A DNA stretch of 63,162 bases, the filler included, from Globobulimina sp. (lineage: Eukaryota): assembly GCA_003354225.1 (NCBI GenBank). It is 31 parts of 31 records of this genome, joined end to end, with 100 filler letters (N's around TTAATTAATTAA, not from the genome) between each part and the next. Parts side by side here need not be neighbours in the genome. Positions count along the whole stretch, not along the records: positions 24,504 to 26,444 come from PIVH01010369.1; positions 26,545 to 28,485 come from PIVH01010370.1; positions 28,586 to 30,526 come from PIVH01010371.1; positions 30,627 to 32,567 come from PIVH01010372.1; positions 32,668 to 34,607 come from PIVH01010373.1; positions 34,708 to 36,647 come from PIVH01010374.1; 25 more parts are not named here. The stretch is one strand, 5' to 3'. The translations under genes were made by a program, and so were the position numbers. Positions 24,404 to 34,845 of this stretch are shown here, one piece after another. How positions within the stretch are numbered: position 1 is the stretch's first letter; every line of letters starts with the position of its first letter. A model generated the notes under the pieces. The model was not told the DNA's origin and did not search any database. It saw only the letters and a program-made list of their open reading frames with translations.

Positions 24404-24843
24404 NNNNNNNNNNNNNNNNNNNNNNNNNNNNNNNNNNNNNNNNNNNNTTAATTAATTAANNNNNNNNNNNNNNNNNNNNNNNNNNNNNNNNNNNNNNNNN
24501 NNNTTTGAGCAAACAAGAAATAAAAATTATATTTGAGTAATATATTACTTTTAACTATCAACAGTCTTAACCTGTATACAACTTATCGCCAGTCTTGCAT
24601 TTTAAAACCAGATGATATCGATGATGATTTTCATGGATGATCATCATACAAAAGAATGAAGCTTTTCTATGAATATCTTCTTCTTCTTCTTCAAAACACT
24701 AAGAAATCGTGACTATTGTTTTTGTAATTCTGCGAAAAGAACCATATGCGCGCGATTTTCAAACATTGAGGAAACTCAATAAAAAACAAAAGCCGTACAG
24801 GTGAGTTATATATATTATAAATAAGTGATTAAAATTAATCTTA

Positions 24844-25614
24844 TCATGTTTCATTATTATCATTATCTTCATTAACATGTTCTGTCCGATATTTTTCTTC
24901 TTCTTCAATAATGCGATTAATTTCTGTTTGATCCATTTGTTTTATTAAAGTCGCAATTTTCGCGGATCCTAAATGTACCAATGGTGTAATTTTCATATAA
25001 TTTGCGGCTAATATTATCTCAAAAATTATTTTTTTCTGCAATGGATCAATAAAATGAGCATCCCACTGATCACTCACTATTTGATGCATATGAATACTAC
25101 GTATAGGACATGGTAATGGCGGCGGTTCAACACCTTTATGATGGCCTAAATATAATAAAATATGTTGCAAAGTGCCTGCTGGTACTTGTGATATCTGTAT
25201 TGTTTCTAAATTATTTATTTCATTCCCATTATATATTGCGGCCAATGTCATATTTCTACGAAATGTCAGATAACGATTCGTTGTTACCCCACCAGGCACG
25301 ATCTCAATGAATATATTTGTATTCCATCTTGAACCAAAATATCGACATAATATTTTTATGATTTCCTTTGTTAACGGATTAAAATCATTAAATACACCAT
25401 TGACTGAACAATATGTTCGAACATATCCATGAAGTAAAGTTGTTGTTTGTTTGTCATTATCTCGTGCATCAACATCACAATATCCATCTTTTAACAATTT
25501 AACTTGCTGCGATTGGGATAACCAGGTCTCTGCATCCTGGCTATACTCATACTGGTTCGTTAAATGTGTGTCGAAGACAGCGACGACGGCGTCTAGTAGT
25601 TCTAAGGAAGACAT
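24844..25614 (-). CDS. SKP1-like protein with atypical N-terminal extension
   Basis: TLQHILLYLGHH...WDAHFI...IFEIILAANYMKITPLVHLGSAKIATLIK SKP1 POZ/dimerisation motifs. Confidence 0.8.
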   Translation of the reverse strand: MSSLELLDAVVAVFDTHLTNQYEYSQDAETWLSQSQQVKLLKDGYCDVDARDNDKQTTTLLHGYVRTYCSVNGVFNDFNPLTKEIIKILCRYFGSRWNTNIFIEIVPGGVTTNRYLTFRRNMTLAAIYNGNEINNLETIQISQVPAGTLQHILLYLGHHKGVEPPPLPCPIRSIHMHQIVSDQWDAHFIDPLQKKIIFEIILAANYMKITPLVHLGSAKIATLIKQMDQTEINRIIEEEEKYRTEHVNEDNDNNET

Positions 25615-25666
25615 GGTCAGTAATGAAAACAAGAAGTCATTGAAGTAACATATCAATAATATATAT

Positions 25667-26444
25667 TTATTGAATCGAGTCTTTGATTGCATTTTTAATC
25701 TCTTCCTGCTGCGGTATCCTCGACACGTCCTGTCCCATGGCCAACAATGTAGGATTGGAAGCCAATAAATTCTTCGCAACTCTCAACACATCGTCTTTAT
25801 TCACATCCATGATGCGTTCCCTCCACATTTCCGGAGTTTTATGCGTCCCATACACTTGAACCTGCCGTGCAATATCCTCGAATACAATTTGTCGATTCTC
25901 AAACTCAAAGCAAATGTTACTAGCCAACGCTTGCTTGGCTCTGTCCATCTCCTTATCGCTCGGCGTTCGCACCAACATATTGACGGCTTCCCGCACCATC
26001 ACACTCGTCAACTCACTCGATTGTGCGCCATCGCAGCAACCATACAATGCAAAGATGCCGCTATCGTCAAATATGGAATGCGAGCACGAGATGTGATTGA
26101 TCCAATGGTACGTCCCCAACACCTCCCGATATAGCCGCGTATACATTCCCTTGCCGGGCCCGCCCGCACTGAAAGAGCCGCCGCCGCCCATTATCATATT
26201 CAACACACACAAAGCCATCAAATCATCCGATTTCCAGTTCTCGGTCTCGAATATCAACGAAATGTGCGTATCATTGTCGCTGTTGTTATCAAAGCCATAT
26301 TTGAATGTCAATTGGCCGCCGGTATACCGAGCCTGCTCATGTTGGATGGTACTAAATTGCTGATCGTTTTTTAAGTCACCAAAAGTTTCATTGGCGAGCC
26401 GCTCCAATTTGTTATGGTCGATGCCGACGCCGACACAAATCATT
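25667..26444 (-). CDS. PMPCA: Mitochondrial processing peptidase alpha subunit, C-terminal part
   Basis: Glycine-rich loop MGGGGSFSAGGPGKGMYTRLY; DSGIFALYG; FEDIARQV. Confidence 0.93.
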
Positions 26445-26763
26445 NNNNNNNNNNNNNNNNNNNNNNNNNNNNNNNNNNNNNNNNNNNNTTAATTAATTAA
26501 NNNNNNNNNNNNNNNNNNNNNNNNNNNNNNNNNNNNNNNNNNNNTTTCCCTTCCAACCAATCACCATTTCCCGTTCCATTCCCATGCAATTCATCCAATC
26601 CTACCAACCGGGGATGGACCGGCTATTTGCACTGCCTTTGTACGCCGGGGATGGACCGGCTATTTGCAGTTTGATGAGCATGCATGTCATAGCAGAGGCT
26701 CGTGTTTATTTAATTAAATAATAATAATATCCATATAATCCATATCCATCCCATCTCTTCACC

Positions 26764-26780
26764 GTAGGATTCGAACCTAC
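26764..26780 (-). other. Isolated tRNA-type T-arm / Pol III B-box
   Basis: GTAGG-TTCGAAT-CCTAC on the minus strand; no matching acceptor stem found. Confidence 0.5.
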
Positions 26781-27361
26781 ATCCATTTGGTTTGCTTTCC
26801 ATGTCTTTGATCCAAATACTCGTCACATATACACACAAAATGGTCAATATCTTCAACTAACTCCACTTTGTTCTTATCCTCGCAATCAGTGTTTCAGTTA
26901 TTAATTTTTTCTTGACAGCCTGAGGAGGTCTGTCATTTTTTCTCACCGCCTGGTATTTTTTTCTGACCGCCATAGCCGGCATAGCGCCAGTCTCTAATTT
27001 TTTTCCTCGCAGCCAGTCTCTAATTTTCTTTTGCAGACCGCCTAGGGCGTTCTGTAATTTTTTCTGACCGCCCGGTATTTTTTCCTGCTCAATCAATAGT
27101 CAATACAAACTGAACAAGGTTTTCAGCTTGGTTACATATTCTTGTTATTTAGTATTCTTGACTTCTTGAACTGATTGAAAATTAAAGTGCTGTTTGACAG
27201 AGTTTTTAAAAAATCAGTACTTATCGCCTATTATTAATAAAATTTTAATGAAAGAACTGAACTGAAAATAAGAAACCAAAACAAGAGCGAAACAAACAAA
27301 GAAAGAAGCAAATAAAAATAAAATAATAAAATAAAATAAAATCAAATAAAGTTGTTAAAAC

Positions 27362-28485
27362 TTATAAATCCGATGGTCCGTTATCAATTTTTCTCTTTGC
27401 TATCATATATGCTGTGCTTTTAAGGAGTATACAGCTTATCTCCGATATGATTGAATTTGCTATAATGTTATGATTTATATTGTATTTAGATCCGAATTGT
27501 TTTGAAATCCTTTTGATGAGTAGTTGGGCGGGCAAGCTCCACCCTCCACTTCTCTCAAATGCTATCGGTTGGAATTTCCAATGTACCGATTCAATATCTT
27601 CTCTATACTTTTTATATTTATTCCGAATAGCGTTGTCAGCCGACATACACGGAAAACGTATAGTGTCAGCCAACGAATTCAATTTATACGGTGAAACCAC
27701 CGTAACATCAAAAGCGTAATCCTGTCCGCGTAGATAATTATAAAAATATATATCCGCGGGTTTTGCACCAGAATCCAATAAACCTGGCTTTTCCTTTTCA
27801 ACTAAGAAGCCGGCTCTTTTCGCATAATTGGCGATGCAATCACGTACTTTATTGTGAGTGTACGTAAATACACCATCCTTGCTTCCACAATTAATACAAT
27901 GGGTGCCATATTCATCCATTTCCTTATCACAATCAATGCATGATTTATCGTCAAAATTCCAGTCAAAAATAGGCCACCCGTATCTTGAATAAGTGGCTAG
28001 TTTGTAAGGTATGGATGTTAATACTGTTTGCGGGCGTGTTGGTTTTGCACGAATCCAAGCTCCAGCATAGGGGGCTTTGGCTGTGGAATGTCGACTTTTG
28101 TCAATTGCTGAGATTAAATTTGACTCATAACGTTTTAATCTATATTCCTTAATATATTCAGATAACGTTTCTTGATTTAATAAACTGTTGTCACTTAATT
28201 TATCAATATTTATATTATAATTGTTGCAAAATTATTGCTTAAGTTTACTAAAATTGTCGAATAAATAATTTGATAATAAATTTGAATGAATCTTATCACC
28301 AATGGTTTGTATGTATGGAATTGCCTGAGCGTAGGAACCCAGATAAGCCGCGATTGAAATATCTTCAATGGTGCGTACTCCGTGTCCGCCTTCCTTAATA
28401 CCTAAGCATAATTCCATAAATTCAAAATCGGTAAACGATTTACCAAAAATCCGTTCGAATGAATATTTTAGTGAATAATCAAAAT
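27362..28485 (-). mobile_element. CRE-like non-LTR retrotransposon 3' portion (RT thumb, zinc knuckle, restriction-like endonuclease) with one in-frame stop
   Basis: LGIKEGGHG...AAYLGS, AGAWIRAKP, CIDC..DEYGTHCINC, THNKVRD, KPADI, DVTVVSP, KYKKY, FQPIAFERSGGW; one frame apart from TAA at 28232-28234. Confidence 0.85.
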
Positions 28486-28585
28486 NNNNNNNNNNNNNNN
28501 NNNNNNNNNNNNNNNNNNNNNNNNNNNNNTTAATTAATTAANNNNNNNNNNNNNNNNNNNNNNNNNNNNNNNNNNNNNNNNNNNN

Positions 28586-28808
28586 TAGCGATGGTTTGGA
28601 ATGTAGTGTTGAAAGGTCATTTGGTGCATCATCGCCGCGATTTTTTGCCGAGTATGAAGATGAAGTTATGATTGGTTTATTGTTAATGAACGTGGTATTG
28701 ATGGTAGCATTGATTGTATCTTGTTTTGTTTTATCAAAAGGAAATAAAAAATATCGTGTAGTCAGTATGAAAGAGTGCGGTGATGAACAAAACGCTTTGA
28801 AACAATAA
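28586..28808 (+). CDS. C-terminal TM anchor fragment of a membrane protein
   Basis: VMIGLLLMNVVLMVALIVSCFVL followed by a basic tail. Confidence 0.5.
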
Positions 28809-29556
28809 TTTTTGCATGTTTTCTGTTTGCAATCCGTATATTTTATGTACAATTTAACTTTGTTGGCCTAGGTCAACTTCGAATACTAAGTTAAAAACCA
28901 CTCTAGCTAACCCAAATATTCACATATTGCTCTGACTGGCATAACTGCGACAATGGTTATGCAAACTAGCAATAATATTAAGAAATTGAATTTGAAATAA
29001 TATTAAGAAATCGATATTTGCGTGTTTAGTTTCTGACAATTTCGAGTGCGAACAGTAGGTGACAAGGTCGAGTTCATAAAGCTAGTAGAAAAAACTATAA
29101 AGTATAAAGCATAAAGTATAAAGCATAAAGACATGAAACGAAACGAAACTCAGCCAAAAAAGTTAATTGTTGTTGATTTTGCCGCTTTTTTCATGAAAAC
29201 GCTCTAATCTGAATACAGTCTCGTTTGCCAATTGCATAGTATTGCAAAATTTCCAATGCATGTGTATATATGCAATAGATGGATCAACACCAATGCCATA
29301 AACGATATATTCCAAAAGATAACACCCGGTGAGCATATAACCCGGTGAGCAATATACTGCGTTTAGTGAGGAAAAGGTACGGTACACTGAATACTCAAAA
29401 TAGTTTTGATATACCAATAGGATCAATGTATGATCCCTGGACCTCTCAAGGGACCATATTGGATCCTATGAAAAAAGTTTGGGCGAGAGCTCTGTGACTA
29501 TTTGGTCGAAAAACCACAAAATAAATATATAGCAACGACAATATTATACTTAAAAG

Positions 29557-30444
29557 TTATTGTAATTTTAATGCACCACATGTTTCATCCAAACTATTAA
29601 TATCATTCAATACATCTTCATCATTAACAGCAAACATATCCGCATTGTACTGATTGTTTTCAGTCATTATGTTATCATTTCCTTTGGTAATTTTATCTGA
29701 ATATATATCAACATCACTTGAGATCCATTCATTAATATCCAAACCCGGAGACACAACAACTGGCGGAACAACTGCTGGTAAACCATACCTAACCACTCCT
29801 ACTCCTCCTCCTCCTCCTTCTTGCTGTATATGTATGTGCATATCTGTAAATTGCTGATCATGAATAACTTTCCCATGTTCCATTGCAAAACTTGCTGAAC
29901 TTATAACATTGGACTCTGATTTAACACGCATTTGAAGGGCCATTTCCTTGTTTTTAATCTGATTATAAACAATCACAACAAGCAGTATTATAATACAGCA
30001 TAAAAGAACAAATCCCACAATGATTGAAGCTATAATCACACCATAATTATTATTCTCATTTTGTTCATTCAATCCAGCCATACTTGTCGACGAAGCCATA
30101 TTTGTAGTTTGGACAGATGCAGCACCTTCGCGTATTGGGCTATCACTGGGTTCAAATGTTGCCGGATGCATTGTCGGTGATTGTGAATCTGAACAGATTA
30201 TATATAATGAAATTATTATTAAAGTTAGATTTATATATTTGGAAACTTAACATGTTGGCATATTTGTTGGTTGCGCTGTAGTGCCGGTAGTGGGTACCGA
30301 TGGAGCTTTGGAGGGAATATTAGTTGGAGCTGTTATTGGATTATTAGTTGGAGCTTTGGAGGGATAGTTGGTTGGGGTGGTTGTGGTTGGATTATATGAT
30401 GGAGAACTTGTTGGAATATTTGATGGGTATTTTGTTGGCTGTGC
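29557..30444 (-). CDS. PT-repeat single-pass membrane protein, C-terminal exons
   Basis: PTxxP repeats (30247-30444), intron, then TM VIIASIIVGFVLLCCIIILLVVIVY. Confidence 0.7.
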
Positions 30445-30626
30445 ATGTATATAAAGATAAAAAAGTATTTTCTCACATAATTCCGTGCATGTTTTCAAAA
30501 ACATTGTCAAATATTTATGTTTTCATNNNNNNNNNNNNNNNNNNNNNNNNNNNNNNNNNNNNNNNNNNNNTTAATTAATTAANNNNNNNNNNNNNNNNNN
30601 NNNNNNNNNNNNNNNNNNNNNNNNNN

Positions 30627-31366
30627 GACCGTGGCAATTGACTGGACATTGCCATATCTGATGGCTTTTCGTAATAAAATCGTATCGCTAGTATCGCTTG
30701 AGATGGCCTTGAACCTTTTTATTAAAATGTATAATGTAATGCAGCCAACAAGAAAATCCTGGACACCCATGGACACCGCAGCGCATTTAACAGGAAACGT
30801 TTGATACATATGTTGCGAAAATAATGTACAAATGGAATGTTCCATCCACATGCCTTTTATTGGTATAATTAATATGGAGAATATGAGTGTAAATTGTACG
30901 TTTACAAACCTTTTAAAACGTGTGGTCCGACCTGATGTACCCAAATTGCTGCAGCAGCAAAAAAATGGAGTGACACAATAATTACATAAAGTAAAAACAT
31001 GTTGAATTTCATTTGAAATGCGGTATTTTGAAAGGTATAATAGATTCTTCCAATTAATAAACAGTGTAAAATATATTTGGCAATAAAATAGCATAAAAAA
31101 TTTATTATATAAATATATTTACAGGAATTGATTGATAAATCGATGAATAAATCGGTCCGTAAAAATACCCAAATCGCACAGGCAATGCCATTGAATATAA
31201 AAACTAATATACAGAAGAATATGGATGTCTTTCCTCTTGCTGGCAAGGTGGAGAACATCAACGGCGTTGTTTTGAATATAACTAAGAAATGAACCATAAT
31301 GCCTATGCACCCACATGTGAGCATTGCAAGCACCCATAAAGGATTAATTTCAGGTGATTCAATCAT
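30627..31366 (-). CDS. Multi-TM (GPCR-like) protein, 2 or more exons, 3'-truncated
   Basis: Five hydrophobic helices; RIYYTFQNTAF motif; GT-AG intron of about 55 nt near 30855-30910 explains the frame change. Confidence 0.7.
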
Positions 31367-31490
31367 TGTGTTTTCTTGCACTCTTATTTTTTCCTTCTTT
31401 TTGAGTGCAACTGACAATGTCAGAATTTAAATGTTTTTTGTTTGTTTAACTAAATACTAAAATCAGAAAAACTAAATACTAAAACTGACA

Positions 31491-32363
31491 ATGTCAGCTC
31501 TTGAAGCAATGCTTTCTTCTGATATGGAAGCTAAGTTACAAATGTTGAACCATAGGTTGGTTTGTGCAAAAACTATGGATTTATTGGCCCATTTAAATTC
31601 ATCCCATATTATAATCAGTAAAACTAAACTGAGTCAAACCACACGTATTATTAAGCAGTTCATTTTAAAATTAAAAACATCGACATTTATCGGGCGACTT
31701 ACCGTTAATATAAATTATGACCAACACCGAGATGTAATTCAATTATTAGTTCCAATCAAAGAATTAGCAAATTCTTTACAATATTTAGTATCATTGAATT
31801 GTGATATTCATTATGTTAATGAAAAAGGACAAAATGCTGCACATATTGCATGTCAATATTCGAATGTGTTTGCATTACGATTGCTATACAAAAACGATTT
31901 AAATATGATATTGGAGGATAACAATAAATTGAGTCCGTTACATTTTGCGATTGAAAAATTAAGAAATGATCGATCACATCGAATACCACTAAAAGAATAT
32001 GGTGAAACATCAATATTAATGACAAAATATGCTTTATTAAATGGACAAAGTTTATTAAAAAAAATAGAGGTTAATCGATTTGGTTGTAAATATTTAAATG
32101 AATCAATAATTGATATCGCACTGACAAATAAATATGTTTTCTATGTATTATATAAAGGACATATGAGTTGTGTTAAATTGTATCAACAAATGAGAAGTAG
32201 CTCACTGAAATATGATAATCGAATAAATAAGGATATATTTGATGTAATATGGTCGTTTGCATATTATAAAATTTCAAAACATTTAGCATTAATATTCCAA
32301 ACAACAAATCAAAAACAGGCACATTTGCAAAAACGACAACGTGTACGATGGAGTAATGTTTGA
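31491..32363 (+). CDS. Ankyrin-repeat protein
   Basis: GQNAAHIACQYSN and LSPLHFAI ankyrin motifs. Confidence 0.78.
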   Translation: MSALEAMLSSDMEAKLQMLNHRLVCAKTMDLLAHLNSSHIIISKTKLSQTTRIIKQFILKLKTSTFIGRLTVNINYDQHRDVIQLLVPIKELANSLQYLVSLNCDIHYVNEKGQNAAHIACQYSNVFALRLLYKNDLNMILEDNNKLSPLHFAIEKLRNDRSHRIPLKEYGETSILMTKYALLNGQSLLKKIEVNRFGCKYLNESIIDIALTNKYVFYVLYKGHMSCVKLYQQMRSSSLKYDNRINKDIFDVIWSFAYYKISKHLALIFQTTNQKQAHLQKRQRVRWSNV

Positions 32364-33062
32364 TGACATTTATTTTGTTGCCTATATTATATTTATTTAA
32401 TCAATTTTTTTTCCTTTTTATTTAAATACATATTGTTCGGATTATAAACATTTTCGATTAATCAAATTTAGAACCAAAACAAAACTAAATAAAAATGGAT
32501 TTATTTTTGCCAGCGGACATTCCTATAATATTGGTAATAGCTGCAATATAACATAAAAACTGCTGCANNNNNNNNNNNNNNNNNNNNNNNNNNNNNNNNN
32601 NNNNNNNNNNNTTAATTAATTAANNNNNNNNNNNNNNNNNNNNNNNNNNNNNNNNNNNNNNNNNNNNTTTTGTGCGTGTGATTGTGTTAAGACATATGCT
32701 GCAGACAACACTTGACATTAATTAATATTCGAGCGGAGAATCAGAAAACACACGCACACACACACTGAGCTACAAAGTTTACTGTATAATACAATTGCAA
32801 ACACCATCAAATTGACTTTCTCCTTTCAAATAATACTCAAAAAAAACTGTAATCATTGTTTTCGTTTTCTCATCAAGTTGTAACTCATCACCTTTCTGTA
32901 AAACAATCTCAATTTGTTCATTAATATTTATTTCCTTCATGGATGCATTATCGATTTTGTAAGGAACTGACCTTTTATCCTAAATCCTCTTGATTTATTG
33001 TATCTAACTTATTAGGTACTCCTTACTTTTAAAACTTTACTTAAAAAACCCTTAGTTCAACC

Positions 33063-34607
33063 CTAGAACCAGGCTCGACCTACTACAATTTTGCTTATTT
33101 TCGAATTATCCAAAAGATATATATTCACAATTATTGCAGCAAGTATTTGTCCGTACATTTCATCGACATCCATATTAATATTAGCATTAATATGCATTTT
33201 GTAATATAATTGATATTCAGTGTCTGTATTAATTTTTTTATCTTTAATACTTCTCTCAATAGATTTGTATAACATTTTCATAAAATTTTTCCTATCGTTT
33301 AACATCTTTGCAAAAGTTCTAATAATATCATCAATGATATTATGCGTATTTTCATCCTTTAAATCCGTTTCTAAAATATATTCACAAATAAAATGGCATA
33401 CATTGCCACAAAACTTTGCATAATTTGACTTAAAGCACGCTTTCATAAATTCCACACATTTATTACAAAATGATTCAAATGGCTTCATTTCAAAGGATTT
33501 ACACTCATTCTCTGCTGAAACAATAATAAAATCCAAGTGTGATTTATATATTTTGCCCCACATTCCATTTTTCTGTGTGTCACGAAATGTAATTTTATCA
33601 TGTTTTATACCATTGCATATGGCTTCAATTTCCTTTTCAAACTCATCCAAAGTAACGCTACATAATCGGCTGTAATATAACAACTTACACATTCGCATAA
33701 ATATATCATTAAACAATTGTATCTCATTACGATCAGTATATTCATATTGCGATATATACTCAGTTTGTTTCAGTTTGAATCCATCCAACAAATCGTTAGA
33801 ATATTCTGTAATTTGTGACAAATATTCATCTCTTTTTTGTTGATTATTATCTTTATGTTTCTTATATTTCCGAACCATTTCTGGCAATTCATACTCCGAT
33901 CCGTACTTTGAATATTTCCGGATTTGTTTTAGTTTCTTTTTTGTTTTTTCTTTAAAGCCATATTTCTTAACAAATTTCTTAAATCCTTTGAGTTTTGGTA
34001 ACTGATATTTTTGTCTTAATTGCAATTCGATCCACAAATTAAATTTCCTCATTTCAATATGTTGTGTTTGTGCTACAACAAACAAATCCATTGCAATTAT
34101 GTCTTGATTCATAATCTCTAATTTATTGGGATATTCTTCCTCTAAATTTGCTTTGATTGCGATGCAACTTAACAGGAAAAAATCCATTTCCATATCCCTC
34201 ATATTTATATATTCATTTTCTTCTTTCTTCCCAGCAATGTCATCTTTATTCCTTTGGTTATCCGTATCAATATTTATTGGTGCAATTACTGCAGTGCTCA
34301 CCTCATCATTTTCTATTTCTATTTTTTCTTCATTCCCATCATCTATTTCACATTGATTATCATCAATATGCGGCAAAGCATTTGCGTTCATCAATCCATC
34401 CCATGTGTCATTAAATATATTCACTGGTGTTTCCAACCGATTTCCTCCGATTCGCACTGTTCTCGCACATTTACCATTTCTTAATTGTTCCAATTCCATA
34501 AACATCTCATGATCAGCATCGTCTTTCTCTTTCTCAGCCATTAATGTTTTATTCTCAATCTTCAATTGTTGAATATATGGGGTGTGTTGGTCCATTGTCT
34601 GCAACAA
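33063..34607 (-). CDS. Large hypothetical alpha-helical protein, 5'-truncated
   Basis: 514-codon ORF; FFLLSCIAIKANL...LF.VAQ...FNLWIE conserved-looking block. Confidence 0.7.
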   Translation of the reverse strand: MLQTMDQHTPYIQQLKIENKTLMAEKEKDDADHEMFMELEQLRNGKCARTVRIGGNRLETPVNIFNDTWDGLMNANALPHIDDNQCEIDDGNEEKIEIENDEVSTAVIAPINIDTDNQRNKDDIAGKKEENEYINMRDMEMDFFLLSCIAIKANLEEEYPNKLEIMNQDIIAMDLFVVAQTQHIEMRKFNLWIELQLRQKYQLPKLKGFKKFVKKYGFKEKTKKKLKQIRKYSKYGSEYELPEMVRKYKKHKDNNQQKRDEYLSQITEYSNDLLDGFKLKQTEYISQYEYTDRNEIQLFNDIFMRMCKLLYYSRLCSVTLDEFEKEIEAICNGIKHDKITFRDTQKNGMWGKIYKSHLDFIIVSAENECKSFEMKPFESFCNKCVEFMKACFKSNYAKFCGNVCHFICEYILETDLKDENTHNIIDDIIRTFAKMLNDRKNFMKMLYKSIERSIKDKKINTDTEYQLYYKMHINANINMDVDEMYGQILAAIIVNIYLLDNSKISKIVVGRAWF

Positions 34608-34845
34608 NNNNNNNNNNNNNNNNNNNNNNNNNNNNNNNNNNNNNNNNNNNNTTAATTAATTAANNNNNNNNNNNNNNNNNNNNNNNNNNNNNNNNNNNNN
34701 NNNNNNNCGTCACCAATATACGAATAATGTTACGTGACAAAATTAGGAATAATGCTACGTGACAGAAATAGGAATATTGTCACGTGACAAGTGTAACGTC
34801 ACCATGTTACATAACACTTCATGCTGTCATGAGGATAAATAAAAT

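Noticed and set aside
26740-26830. Complete tRNA gene
   Set aside because: Only the T-arm is convincing; no acceptor, D or anticodon stems could be paired.
28232-28234. Stop-codon reassignment (in-frame TAA here, TAG at 58996)
   Set aside because: TAA and TAG terminate other genes normally (TAA in ISCA2 and BCAT, TAG at 54810-54812); both cases lie in mobile elements and are better explained as nonsense mutations or errors.
30579-31417. Apparent frameshifts between overlapping ORFs (also 59793-60319, 47618-48871)
   Set aside because: Explained by short GT-AG introns.
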